Source: Bacteroidota bacterium
GTDB lineage: Bacteria > Bacteroidota > Bacteroidia > Bacteroidales > GCA-2748055
DNA length: 64,000 bases
Assembly (NCBI GenBank): GCA_043797815.1
Contig: JAZDPG010000115.1
Location: 147,573 to 211,572 of the forward strand
Direction: 5' to 3'
Every line of letters starts with the position of its first letter. The first letter of the stretch is position 1. The position numbers and the translations under genes are program-made. Below the pieces are notes generated by a model that was not told the origin of the DNA, did not search any database, and worked only from the letters and a program-made list of their open reading frames with translations. Shown here piece by piece: positions 37,748 to 47,560 of this stretch.

Positions 37748-40700
37748 CTAATACTCATCCCAACTCTTGATGGAGATGTCCTTCAATTCCATCTTGCATA
37801 TGGCATAAATAAATGCTGATGCAAGCCTGGCATTGGTGATCAGCGGAATATTGAAATCCACGGCTCCGCGCCTGATGCTGTAATCGTTGGACAATTCATG
37901 TGATGAGAGGTCTTTGGGGATGTTTACCACCAGGTCGATCTTTTTGGAATGCAGGTAGTCGATCACGTTGGGTTTGGTATCTTCATCGGGCCATGCCAGT
38001 TCAATGGATTCGATCCCATTCAGTCTCAGGAATTCATGTGTCCCGTGTGTTCCATACAACTGGTAACCTTTGTCCACGAGCATTTTACATGAATTCACCA
38101 GCTCTACTTTGGAACGCATTCCACCGGTTGAAAGCAGGATGTTCTTTTTCGGGATGGTATAGCCAACCGATAACATGGCTTTCAGGATGGCTTCATAATA
38201 GTTGTCACCGATGCAGCCTACCTCTCCGGTGGAGGACATATCCACACCCAGAACAGGGTCAGCCTTTTTCAGACGGGAAAATGAAAACTGGGGAGCTTTG
38301 CACCCGATGTAGTCCAGGTCAAAAATTGATTTACCGGGTTTTTCCACAGGGACTTTGAGCATTATTTTCGTGGCCTGATCAATAAAGTTTGATTTGAGAA
38401 CCTTCGATACGAACGGCATGCTTCGGGAAGCCCGCAGGTTGCATTCGATGACCTTGATATCATTATCCTTGGCCAGGAACTGCATGTTAAACGGACCTGA
38501 AATTTCCAGCTCTTTAGCCAGCTGACCGGCGATCTTCTTGATCCTTCGTACCGTCTCAAAATAGATCTTTTGGGGAGGGAATACCATGGTGGCATCTCCG
38601 GAGTGCACGCCGGCAAATTCCACGTGTTCAGAGATGGCATAAGAGAACAGTTCTCCATCCCTGGCCACGGCATCGATCTCTATCTCTTTGGCCTGTTCAA
38701 TGAATTCCGATACCACCACCGGGTATTGTTTGGACACCCTGGCTGCCAGGGTCAGGAATCCTTCCAGTTCTTCCGCGTTTGACACCACGTTCATGGCAGC
38801 ACCGGAAAGCACATAGGAGGGCCTTACCAACAGCGGGAATCCAACCTCCCCCACGAAGCCAAAGATCTCATCGATGCTGGTGAGCTCTTTCCAACGGGGT
38901 TGGTCGATGCCCAGCTTATCGAGCATCATGGAAAACTTGTGACGGTTCTCCGCATTGTCAATCGATTCGGGGGATGTGCCCAGAACATGAACGTCCTGTT
39001 CATGGAGCCTCATGGCCAGGTTATTGGGAATCTGACCTCCAACCGATACAATGACTCCCCGGGGTTTCTCCAGGTCATAAATATCCATGACACGTTCGAA
39101 GGAAAGTTCGTCGAAATAGAGCCGGTCACACATGTCATAATCAGTGGATACGGTTTCCGGATTGTAGTTGATCATGATGGACCGGTAACCCTCATCATTC
39201 ACGGTTTTCAGGGCATTGACACTGCACCAGTCGAACTCCACACTGGAACCGATGCGGTAGGCACCTGAGCCCAGAACAATTACAGACCGCTGATCCTGGC
39301 TGAATTCAATGTCATGTTCACTTCCACTGTAGGTCAGGTAGAGATAATTGGTCTGTGCGGGGTATTCTGCGGCCAGGGTATCGATCTGTTTCACACTGGG
39401 CAGGATGTTCCTTTTTTTACGGTGTTCCCTAACTGCCAGAAGGTTTTTGGAAACATCTCCTTTCATCACCAGGCGGGCGATCTGAAAATCGCTGAATCCG
39501 GCTTTTTTGGATTGTAGCAGCATTTCATCATCCAGCGCTTCCAGGGAATGAACCTTTTCAAGTTTGTTTTTCAGGTCAAAAATTCTCTTCAGTTTGACCA
39601 GGAACCATTTGTCGATCCGTGTGAGTTCATGGATGCGGTCAACGGTATAGCCTTCATCAAATGCTTTTTCAAGGACCAGGATTCTCATATCTGTAGGTTC
39701 GGAAAGCCCTTGATCAATATCTCCGATATCCATGTCATGATTTCCCACAAATCCATGCATTCCCTGGCCGATCATACGGATTCCCTTCTGGATCGCCTCT
39801 TCGAAAGTCCGGCCTATGGCCATCACTTCCCCAACCGATTTCATGCTTGAATCGATGAGTTTGGAAACACCATGGAATTTGTTGAGGTCCCATCGGGGAA
39901 TCTTGCAAACAATATAATCCAGGGCTGGTTCGAAAAAGGCCGAGGTGGTTTTGGTAATTGAATTTCTAAGCTGGTGTAATCCAAACCCAAGGGCCAGTTT
40001 TGCTGCCACAAAAGCCAGGGGATAACCTGTTGCTTTACTGGCAAGGGCCGATGAACGTGAAAGTCGTGCATTCACCTCGATCACCCTGTAATCCTCCGAT
40101 TCAGGATCCAGCGCATATTGTACATTGCACTCACCCACAATCCCGATGTGCCTGATGATATCAATGGATAGTTTCCTCAGTTTGTGATATTCACTGTTGG
40201 AAAGGGTTTGGGATGGTGCCACAACGATACTTTCCCCGGTATGGATTCCCAGCGGATCAAAATTTTCCATGTTACAGACCGTAATGCAATTATCAAAACG
40301 GTCACGGACCACTTCGTATTCCACTTCCTTCCATCCCTTCAGGGACTCTTCCACCAGGATCTGTGAGGAGTAAGAGAATGCCTTGTTCGCCAGTTTATCC
40401 AGGTCATCATCATTGTAACAGAATCCGCTGCCTTGTCCACCCAGGGTATAGGCTGCCCTGAGAATAATGGGGAAGCCCAGCTCTTTTGACGCTTTGTGGG
40501 CATCTTCCACGGATGTGACTGCAATGCTTCGGGGAGTTCTGACCCTGATCTCATTCAGCTTGCCCACGAACAGTTCCCGGTCCTCTGTATCCATAATGGC
40601 CCTGACAGGTGTACCAAGGACCTCCACATTGTATTTCTCCAATACGCCCGTCAGGTAGAGTGCAACTCCGCAATTGAGGGCAGTTTGTCCCCCGAATGCA

Positions 40701-40963
40701 AGAAGAATGCCGTCAGGTTTCTCTTTTTCGATGACCCTTTCCACAAAGTAGGGCGTAATCGGGAGAAAGTAAATTTTATCAGCAACCTCTTCGGAAGTTT
40801 GCACAGTTGCAATGTTAGGATTGATCAATACTGTGGATATGCCTTCCTCTCTGAGTGCTTTAAGTGCCTGGGATCCGGAATAATCAAATTCACCGGCTTC
40901 GCCGATTTTCAGGGCTCCTGATCCGAGGATCACTACTTTCTCGATCTTGTCCTTCATCATCAT
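37748..40963 (-). CDS. carB: carbamoyl-phosphate synthase large subunit
   Basis: 'KVVILGSGALKIGEAGEFDYSGSQALKAL' N-terminus, duplicated ATP-grasp halves and an MGS-like C-terminus. The start is set at ATG 40963 (1071 aa). The ORF-track extension to 41440 runs through the argR promoter and coding region. Confidence 0.95.
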   Translation of the reverse strand: MMMKDKIEKVVILGSGALKIGEAGEFDYSGSQALKALREEGISTVLINPNIATVQTSEEVADKIYFLPITPYFVERVIEKEKPDGILLAFGGQTALNCGVALYLTGVLEKYNVEVLGTPVRAIMDTEDRELFVGKLNEIRVRTPRSIAVTSVEDAHKASKELGFPIILRAAYTLGGQGSGFCYNDDDLDKLANKAFSYSSQILVEESLKGWKEVEYEVVRDRFDNCITVCNMENFDPLGIHTGESIVVAPSQTLSNSEYHKLRKLSIDIIRHIGIVGECNVQYALDPESEDYRVIEVNARLSRSSALASKATGYPLAFVAAKLALGFGLHQLRNSITKTTSAFFEPALDYIVCKIPRWDLNKFHGVSKLIDSSMKSVGEVMAIGRTFEEAIQKGIRMIGQGMHGFVGNHDMDIGDIDQGLSEPTDMRILVLEKAFDEGYTVDRIHELTRIDKWFLVKLKRIFDLKNKLEKVHSLEALDDEMLLQSKKAGFSDFQIARLVMKGDVSKNLLAVREHRKKRNILPSVKQIDTLAAEYPAQTNYLYLTYSGSEHDIEFSQDQRSVIVLGSGAYRIGSSVEFDWCSVNALKTVNDEGYRSIMINYNPETVSTDYDMCDRLYFDELSFERVMDIYDLEKPRGVIVSVGGQIPNNLAMRLHEQDVHVLGTSPESIDNAENRHKFSMMLDKLGIDQPRWKELTSIDEIFGFVGEVGFPLLVRPSYVLSGAAMNVVSNAEELEGFLTLAARVSKQYPVVVSEFIEQAKEIEIDAVARDGELFSYAISEHVEFAGVHSGDATMVFPPQKIYFETVRRIKKIAGQLAKELEISGPFNMQFLAKDNDIKVIECNLRASRSMPFVSKVLKSNFIDQATKIMLKVPVEKPGKSIFDLDYIGCKAPQFSFSRLKKADPVLGVDMSSTGEVGCIGDNYYEAILKAMLSVGYTIPKKNILLSTGGMRSKVELVNSCKMLVDKGYQLYGTHGTHEFLRLNGIESIELAWPDEDTKPNVIDYLHSKKIDLVVNIPKDLSSHELSNDYSIRRGAVDFNIPLITNARLASAFIYAICKMELKDISIKSWDEY

Positions 40964-41081
40964 GGTGTATTGTGACTGTGGTAATTGGATCAGGGAGACC
41001 CGTTCGGGAGGTTCCGGAGTCCATATTTCCGGGTTGTAAAAATAGGAAAAAAAGCCGGGATAATTGTGCAGATATGGAATT

Positions 41082-41120
41082 AATGTATAAATTTGCATCC
41101 CAAATGAATAAATATACATA
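41082..41120. promoter_or_regulatory. tandem ARG boxes (18 + 3 + 18 bp) overlapping a TAnnTTTG -7 element in the carB/argR divergent region
   Basis: AATGTATAAATTTGCATC (41082-41099), then CCA, then AATGAATAAATATACATA (41103-41120). By hand these match TNTGAATWWWWATTCANW at 13/18 and 16/18. TAAATTTG at 41088-41095 fits the Bacteroidota -7 consensus. The argR GTG start follows at 41121. Confidence 0.55.
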
Positions 41121-41609
41121 GTGAAAAACAGGAATGAGCGTTTGATAGAGATCAGGCGGTTGATCGGAAGACGGAATATATCCAGCCAGGAGGAGTTATT
41201 AAAATTGTTGGTTAAACAGGGTTTTGACATGACCCAGGCAACCTTGTCCCGGGATCTGAAATACCTGAAGGTTGCAAAGATGCCTGATGACAGGGTAGGG
41301 TATGTATATCTGCTTCCCGACAAGGAACAGGCTGTTGAAGAAACAGAGATGTCAGCACAAAGCTTCGGGATTCTGGTTTCCATGGATTTTGCCCAGGGCA
41401 TGGCCATTCTGAAAACATTACCGGGCCATGCAGGCAGCATCGCCTATAACATTGATCATTTGAATGCTTACGAAATTGCAGGAACCATAGCCGGTGACGA
41501 TACCATCCTGTTGATACCAAGGGATGGAGTGACCAGGAACGATTTGATAAAATTGCTTAAAATCCGGATGCCGGGGCTGGTCCGGGAGCAGGCCACAGGA
41601 TCATATTAA
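41121..41609 (+). CDS. argR: arginine repressor
   Basis: 'ISSQEELLKLLVKQGFDMTQATLSRDLKYLKV' is the winged helix. The C-terminal 'GTIAGDDTILLI' is the arginine-binding/oligomerisation motif. GTG start. Confidence 0.9.
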   Translation: MKNRNERLIEIRRLIGRRNISSQEELLKLLVKQGFDMTQATLSRDLKYLKVAKMPDDRVGYVYLLPDKEQAVEETEMSAQSFGILVSMDFAQGMAILKTLPGHAGSIAYNIDHLNAYEIAGTIAGDDTILLIPRDGVTRNDLIKLLKIRMPGLVREQATGSY

Positions 41610-41633
41610 CAACAGAATATATTATAGAATTAC

Positions 41634-42233
41634 ATGACTTACGACATACAAATTACCATCGCTACAAAGGAGCATCTTTCATATGTCCCGGAGATCGAAC
41701 AGGCACTGATTATGGCTTCACAGCATAAAGGAACCGGGATTGCAATACGCAGCAGCGCCTACCTCACTGAGAAAATCCTGGAGGGAAAGTCAGTGATCGC
41801 ATACAGCGACCAGGGAAAATGGGCAGGATTCTGCTACATCGAATCGTGGGGACACAACAAGTATGTTGCCAACAGCGGTCTCATCGTATCTTCCGCTTTC
41901 AGGGGGATGGGCCTGGCCGGGGAGATCAAGAAAAGGGCGCTTGAACTCTCCGCGAAGTTATTTCCGGGGGCCAAACTGTTTGGTCTGACCACCAGTCTGG
42001 CCGTGATGAAGATCAACAGCGGACTTGGTTACAGACCGGTTACATTTTCGGAATTGACCGATGATGATCAATTCTGGAAAGGGTGTGAAACCTGTCCCTA
42101 TTATGACATACTGGTGAGAACCAAAAGGGATGACTGTCTCTGTACTGCCATGATCATGGATCCCGGAGAAAAGGTAAAAAACAATGGAAAAACTCACCCT
42201 GAAGCCGTTAAGGTGAACATTAACCACAGCTGA
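41634..42233 (+). CDS. GNAT-family N-acyltransferase of the arginine cluster (putative glutamate N-acyltransferase)
   Basis: 'VSSAFRGMGLAGEIKKRALE' is GNAT motif A. The position between argR and argG is as in other Bacteroidota arg clusters. Confidence 0.65.
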   Translation: MTYDIQITIATKEHLSYVPEIEQALIMASQHKGTGIAIRSSAYLTEKILEGKSVIAYSDQGKWAGFCYIESWGHNKYVANSGLIVSSAFRGMGLAGEIKKRALELSAKLFPGAKLFGLTTSLAVMKINSGLGYRPVTFSELTDDDQFWKGCETCPYYDILVRTKRDDCLCTAMIMDPGEKVKNNGKTHPEAVKVNINHS

Positions 42234-42245
42234 TATAAACCCATC

Positions 42246-43442
42246 ATGAAAAAGGAAAAAGTACTACTGGCCCTCAGCGGGGGATTGGACACCTCTTTTT
42301 GTGCTGTTTACCTTGCCAAAGAGAAGCACATGGAGGTTCACTCGGCCATTGTAAATACGGGTGGATTTTCACAGGAGGAATTGGATGAAGTGAAGGCCCA
42401 CGCTGGTCGGTTGGGAATTGTTTCCCATGAAGTCCTTGATGCAACAGGGGATTATTACAACCGTTGTGTACGCTATATGATTTTTGGGAATGTACTCAGA
42501 AACAGGAGTTACCCGCTTTCTGTGAGTTCGGAAAGAACCTTTCAGGCCATCGCCCTGGTGAGCCATGCAAAAAAATACGGATATAAATTCATTGCCCATG
42601 GATCAACTGCGGCTGGTAATGACCAGGTCCGTTTTGATCTTGTTATTCAGGTGCTGGCTCCGGAAATCGGGATCATCACTCCCATCAGGGAGCTGAAGAT
42701 TTCACGGGAAGATGAAATTGAATACCTCAAAAAGGAAGGTGTGGTCATGAACTGGAAAAAGATGGAGTATTCCATCAACCAGGGAATATGGGGAACCAGT
42801 GTGGGTGGAAAAGAAACCCTTTCGTCAACAGGAGAACTTCCTGAAGAGGCATTTCCTACAAAGGTTGAGAAGAGCGGGACAGAAACCGTGACCATAGATT
42901 TTGAACAGGGGGAGCCGGTGGGGCTGAACGGGCAAACATTCGAACCGCTGGTGGTCATACAGGAACTTGAGAAGATCGCGGGCGTGTGGGGTGTGGGAAG
43001 GGATGTGCATGTGGGAGATACCATTATCGGGATCAAAGGCCGGGTTGGTTTCGAGGCTGCCGCTGCCAGGGTGATCATCGATGCGCATCTGGCCCTTGAA
43101 AAGCATGTACTTACCAGGTGGCAACTGTACTGGAAGGAGCAGATCGGGCAGTGGTACGGGATGTTTATTCATGAAGCCCAGTACCTGGAGCCTGTTATGC
43201 GCGACCTGGAACAATTCCTGGATTCTTCCCAGAAAAATGTGACAGGAACGGTTACCGTCAGGCTCAGACCATATTGCCATTCAGTGACGGGGGTGAAGAG
43301 TCAGTACGACCTGATGAATTCCTCTTTTGCATCCTATGGGGAGATGAACCGCGCATGGACCGCCGAAGAGGTTAACGGTTTTACCCGGATCCTTGGAAAC
43401 CAGCAGAGAATCTGGTTTTCAGTAAACGGAAAAGATGACTAA
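42246..43442 (+). CDS. argG: argininosuccinate synthase
   Basis: 'LALSGGLDTSFCAVYL' is the PP-loop. 'HGSTAAGNDQVRFD' is also present. 398 aa. Confidence 0.93.
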   Translation: MKKEKVLLALSGGLDTSFCAVYLAKEKHMEVHSAIVNTGGFSQEELDEVKAHAGRLGIVSHEVLDATGDYYNRCVRYMIFGNVLRNRSYPLSVSSERTFQAIALVSHAKKYGYKFIAHGSTAAGNDQVRFDLVIQVLAPEIGIITPIRELKISREDEIEYLKKEGVVMNWKKMEYSINQGIWGTSVGGKETLSSTGELPEEAFPTKVEKSGTETVTIDFEQGEPVGLNGQTFEPLVVIQELEKIAGVWGVGRDVHVGDTIIGIKGRVGFEAAAARVIIDAHLALEKHVLTRWQLYWKEQIGQWYGMFIHEAQYLEPVMRDLEQFLDSSQKNVTGTVTVRLRPYCHSVTGVKSQYDLMNSSFASYGEMNRAWTAEEVNGFTRILGNQQRIWFSVNGKDD

Positions 43443-43463
43443 GTTTAAGAAACGAATTGGAAT

Positions 43464-44258
43464 TTGAAAATGAAAAAAGTTGGAATCATAGGAGCAGGTA
43501 ATATTGGTTGTGCCATTGCGAAGGGCCTGGTTGCTTTCGGAAAGATCGATCCTTCGAATGTGTATCTCTCCAGAAAAAAGCAGGAACTGTTGTCAGAACA
43601 CAGAAAAAAAGGGTTCGCAGTTACAGATAATCACAAGCTGGTGAGGGAGTCCGATTTGGTATTTCTTTCCGTTCTGCCCGGACAGGCAAAAGAGGTGCTG
43701 CTCGATCTGAACGATGAATTTAAAACAGGAGATAAGATTCTTGTGAGTGTGGTAACTGCAGTAAGTATCAGGGAAATCAATGAGTGGACAGGGAATAGGG
43801 TAAAGGTGGTAAGAATCATGCCCAATACAGCAATCGAATTTGGCGCCAGCATGACCTGTATTGCCGGCGAAGATGAGCAGGTTGTTGAAATGGTGAAGAC
43901 GATCTTTGAGCCCCTTGGGCAAACCATGGTGATCAAGGAACAGCTGATGCCGGCGGCGACCATCATGGGAGCATGCGGCATAGCGTTTTTTTTACGCTTT
44001 ATCAGAGCAGTATCCCAGGGAGGGATTCAGATTGGTTTTCATGCAGAAGAAGCGGGGATGATCGCAGCTCAAACAGCAATGGGTGCCGCAGAGCTGCTTA
44101 TGAAAACCGGGAACCATCCCGAAACCGAGATCGACCGGGTAACCACACCCATGGGTGTGACAATCGCCGGACTCAATGAGATGGAACATTTCGGGCTCAG
44201 TTCTGCCATGATCAAAGGAATTGTAAAATCATATTCGGGTATAAGCGATCTGAAATGA
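43464..44258 (+). CDS. proC: pyrroline-5-carboxylate reductase
   Basis: 'KVGIIGAGNIGCAIAKGL' is the Rossmann motif. 'VVRIMPNTA' and 'VTTPMGVTIAGL' are also present. The likely ATG start is 43470. Confidence 0.88.
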   Translation: MKMKKVGIIGAGNIGCAIAKGLVAFGKIDPSNVYLSRKKQELLSEHRKKGFAVTDNHKLVRESDLVFLSVLPGQAKEVLLDLNDEFKTGDKILVSVVTAVSIREINEWTGNRVKVVRIMPNTAIEFGASMTCIAGEDEQVVEMVKTIFEPLGQTMVIKEQLMPAATIMGACGIAFFLRFIRAVSQGGIQIGFHAEEAGMIAAQTAMGAAELLMKTGNHPETEIDRVTTPMGVTIAGLNEMEHFGLSSAMIKGIVKSYSGISDLK

Positions 44259-45334
44259 GCTCCGGCGTACCCTATATGGACCTCCTGAAGAAAATGATTT
44301 CCATTCCGGCCATAAGCCGGGACGAGAGCCGTCGTGCCGATTTTCTTGAAGAAACACTCAGGGGTTTGGGTCACCGGGTGGAACGCATGCACAACAACCT
44401 TCTTCTGGGGTCACCGGGGGAGGATAAGCAGGGGATTCAAATCCTGCTTCATTCCCATCTGGATACCGTATCCCCGGTAGAGGGCTGGAAAACGGATCCT
44501 TATCTGCCGGTAACGGAAGGAGATCGGATCACCGGGTTGGGAAGCAATGATGCAGGAGCTTCTGTGGTGGCCATGATGGCCGCCTATCATGAAATGTTTT
44601 CCAAGCTGGAGGGAACGATTAACCTGATGCTACTCATTGCTGCCGAAGAGGAAGTATCGGGAGCAAACGGCATTGGCGCAGTTCTTCCCTCGCTGGGGCA
44701 CCTGGACGGGGTAATTGTGGGTGAGCCCACCGGGATGAATCCTGCTGTGGCAGAACGTGGACTGATGGTCCTTGACGGGGAAGTCAGAGGAAAGGCCGGC
44801 CATGCTGCCCGGGATGAAGGAGTAAATGCCATTTACAAAGCCATGGCTGATATACATTCCATTGCCTCTCTTCATTTCCCGGATAAATCGGACTGGCTCC
44901 CTGATCCTGGTGCAAAGGTGACCATGATATCAGCCGGTACCGGACACAATGTGGTCCCCGATATTTGCCGGTATGTGGTGGATGTAAGGAGCAACGACAG
45001 GTATGACAATGAAAAAATGCTTGAAATCATTTCAGAGGTTTGTCAGGCACACCTGGTGCCAAGGTCAACAAGGCTGAAGCCTTCTGTCCTGGACAGGGGA
45101 AATGTGCTGATGGAAACCATCCGGACCTGTGGCCTTGCACCTTTTGGTTCTTCCACCCTCTCGGATATGGCTTTGATTCCGTTTCCGGCCATAAAAATGG
45201 GTCCCGGCGACTCGGCCCGTTCACATACTGCCGGCGAATATATTTTGCAGCCGGAAGTTGAGGCTGGAGTGAAAGGGTATTGTAAGTTTCTCCTGGCCCT
45301 GGAGGAGAATGTGACGAAGTCAGGCAAAAATTAA
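44255..45334 (+). CDS. argE: M20-family deacylase (acetyl/succinyl-ornithine deacylase ArgE-like)
   Basis: 'LLHSHLDTV', 'GLGSNDAGASV', 'AAEEEVSGANG' and 'GKAGHAAR' are M20 metal and catalytic motifs. ATGA overlap with proC. Confidence 0.8.
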   Translation: MSSGVPYMDLLKKMISIPAISRDESRRADFLEETLRGLGHRVERMHNNLLLGSPGEDKQGIQILLHSHLDTVSPVEGWKTDPYLPVTEGDRITGLGSNDAGASVVAMMAAYHEMFSKLEGTINLMLLIAAEEEVSGANGIGAVLPSLGHLDGVIVGEPTGMNPAVAERGLMVLDGEVRGKAGHAARDEGVNAIYKAMADIHSIASLHFPDKSDWLPDPGAKVTMISAGTGHNVVPDICRYVVDVRSNDRYDNEKMLEIISEVCQAHLVPRSTRLKPSVLDRGNVLMETIRTCGLAPFGSSTLSDMALIPFPAIKMGPGDSARSHTAGEYILQPEVEAGVKGYCKFLLALEENVTKSGKN

Positions 45335-45341
45335 TGCGAAA

Positions 45342-46688
45342 ATGAGACTCTGGGATAAAGATATTACAACAGAAGAACGGATTCTTGCCTTTACAACAGG
45401 AATGGATCCTGTATTCGATATGGAACTGGCTCCCTATGATGTACTCGGTTCCATGGCCCATGCCATCATGCTGGCTGAGGTGGGGCTTATCTCCAGGGAC
45501 GATGGGACCAGGCTGGTTGGCGAACTGGAAAGGATCTATCAAAGCACCCTGAAGGGAGACCTGTCCATTGAACCCGGTGTGGAAGATATACACTCACAGG
45601 TGGAGATGATGCTTACCTCCTCCCTGGGAGATTTGGGTAAAAAGATCCATACGGGCCGCTCAAGAAATGACCAGGTGATGGTGGATATCAAGCTTTTCCT
45701 GAGGGATGAAATCCATGAGATTGTTTCCGCGGTTTACAATCTGGCCGGTACACTCCTAACCCAGGCAGAAAAGCACAAGGAGGTACTGATGCCGGGTTAT
45801 ACGCATATGCAGGTGGCCATGCCCTCTTCATTCGGATTGTGGTTCGGAGCCTATGGAGAAGCCCTGGCTGATGACCTCAGGTTTTTCCAGGGAGTCTATG
45901 CGGTGGTGAACCAGAATCCCCTGGGTTCGGCGGCAGGGTTCGGATCCTCCTTTCCGGTGGATCGTGAACTGACCACCCGCCTGCTCTCTTTTGAAAGTGT
46001 GCATATCAATTCGGTAAATGCACAGCTGAACCGGGGTAAAACCGAATGGTATGTGGGTTCAGGGATTAGTGCCGTTGCATCCACGGTGGCCCGCATGGCC
46101 ATGGATGCCGTCCTGTTCATGGGTCAGAATTTCGGATTTCTCAGTCTCCCGGAACAGCTAACCACGGGTTCAAGCATCATGCCCCATAAGAAAAATCCGG
46201 ACGTACTGGAACTGATCCGGGCAAGATGCAACCGCCTCATCCATCTGCCGTCGGATATATCTGCCGTCACAGGAAACCTGATTTCCGGGTATCACCGTGA
46301 TTTCCAGGTGCTCAAAGAAATCCTTCATCCGGCCATCGCAGAGCTGAAGAATTGCCTGTGCATGATGCAATATATCATGGAACAGGTCCGGGTTAATCCC
46401 GCAATACTGGACAGTGAAACCTACCAGTATCTCTATTCAGTGGAAGAGGTCAATAAAAAAGTGAAAGAAGGTATACCTTTCCGTGATGCATACCGTAAAG
46501 TGGCCTCGGCGATAGACAAAGGCCTATACAGGCCGGGCCGGGAACATTCCTATACCCATCTTGGGAGTATTGGGAATCCCGGCACAAAGGAAGTCAGAAC
46601 CAAACTTGATAAAGCATATGGAGGATTTGGTTTTGCAGAGACAGCGAAAGTAGCGGATGCATTACGTAACTATTTCATAAAATCATGA
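45342..46688 (+). CDS. argH: argininosuccinate lyase
   Basis: 'TGRSRNDQV', 'PGYTHMQVAMP' and 'GSSIMPHKKNPDVLEL' (fumarase/ASL signature). Confidence 0.95.
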   Translation: MRLWDKDITTEERILAFTTGMDPVFDMELAPYDVLGSMAHAIMLAEVGLISRDDGTRLVGELERIYQSTLKGDLSIEPGVEDIHSQVEMMLTSSLGDLGKKIHTGRSRNDQVMVDIKLFLRDEIHEIVSAVYNLAGTLLTQAEKHKEVLMPGYTHMQVAMPSSFGLWFGAYGEALADDLRFFQGVYAVVNQNPLGSAAGFGSSFPVDRELTTRLLSFESVHINSVNAQLNRGKTEWYVGSGISAVASTVARMAMDAVLFMGQNFGFLSLPEQLTTGSSIMPHKKNPDVLELIRARCNRLIHLPSDISAVTGNLISGYHRDFQVLKEILHPAIAELKNCLCMMQYIMEQVRVNPAILDSETYQYLYSVEEVNKKVKEGIPFRDAYRKVASAIDKGLYRPGREHSYTHLGSIGNPGTKEVRTKLDKAYGGFGFAETAKVADALRNYFIKS

Positions 46689-47500
46689 CGCACAGAAAAT
46701 ATTTGAAAGATAAAAAGAGGATCGTTATCAAAGTGGGGACCAGCCTGTTGGCATACAACAACGGGAAGATCAACCTGCAGCGGATGGAAAAACTGGCCAT
46801 GGTGATTGCAGACCTTCAAAACAGCGGAAAGGAAGTGATTCTTGTCTCATCCGGAGCTGTGGGAGTTGGTGTGGGTATGATCGGACTGGATAAAAAGCCC
46901 GACGATCTTGTGAAAAAACAGGCCCTTGCAGCCATTGGCCAGGTGGGACTGATCAGGCTTTATCAAAAATTCTTCGATGAGTACAATAAGACCGTTGCGC
47001 AGTTGTTGTTAACACGGGACGGGATTGAAAACAGCCTTCGCCGGAAGAATGCCAGGAACACCCTGCTCGAGCTGCTGAAAATGGGGATTATCCCGATTAT
47101 CAATGAGAATGACACAGTGATCACCGATGAGATTGAATTCGGGGACAATGACACCCTCTCCGCTGCAGTGGCCACACTGATTCAAGCAGACCTGTTGCTG
47201 ATTCTTACCAATACCGACGGAGTGTTTACAGCTGATCCCCACATTCACCATTCGGCCCAGAAGGTCCACAAGGTGATGAAAGCCAGCGATGATCTGAAGG
47301 ATGTGGATGTGCAAGGTTCATCAACAATGGGCTCGGGCGGTATGGCCTCGAAGATTGCTGCAGCCGAATTATGCCGCGAACACAATGTGGATGTGGTAAT
47401 CGCAGATGGCAACGATCCGGCAACCATCCTGGAAGTTCTGGCCGGAAAGGATCTGGGTACTTTTTTTGTGAGTGATGCCACCAACCATAGATCCGGCTAA
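46685..47500 (+). CDS. proB: glutamate 5-kinase (short form, no PUA domain)
   Basis: 'RIVIKVGTSLL', 'VILVSSGAVGVG', 'IPIINENDTV' and 'FGDNDTLSA'. 271 aa. ATGA overlap with argH. Confidence 0.9.
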   Translation: MTHRKYLKDKKRIVIKVGTSLLAYNNGKINLQRMEKLAMVIADLQNSGKEVILVSSGAVGVGVGMIGLDKKPDDLVKKQALAAIGQVGLIRLYQKFFDEYNKTVAQLLLTRDGIENSLRRKNARNTLLELLKMGIIPIINENDTVITDEIEFGDNDTLSAAVATLIQADLLLILTNTDGVFTADPHIHHSAQKVHKVMKASDDLKDVDVQGSSTMGSGGMASKIAAAELCREHNVDVVIADGNDPATILEVLAGKDLGTFFVSDATNHRSG

Positions 47501-47560
47501 AGTGCACAGTACTTAGTACTCAGGAAGGGAAAAGAAAACAAAGGGAAAAGGTGAAAGACT

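Noticed and set aside
40964-41440. The ORF-track extension of carB upstream to 41440, which gives 1230 aa.
   Set aside because: The extra 159 aa have no CarB similarity and run through the ARG-box promoter region and antisense to argR. The canonical CarB N-terminus 'MMMKDKIEKVVILGSG' begins at 40963.
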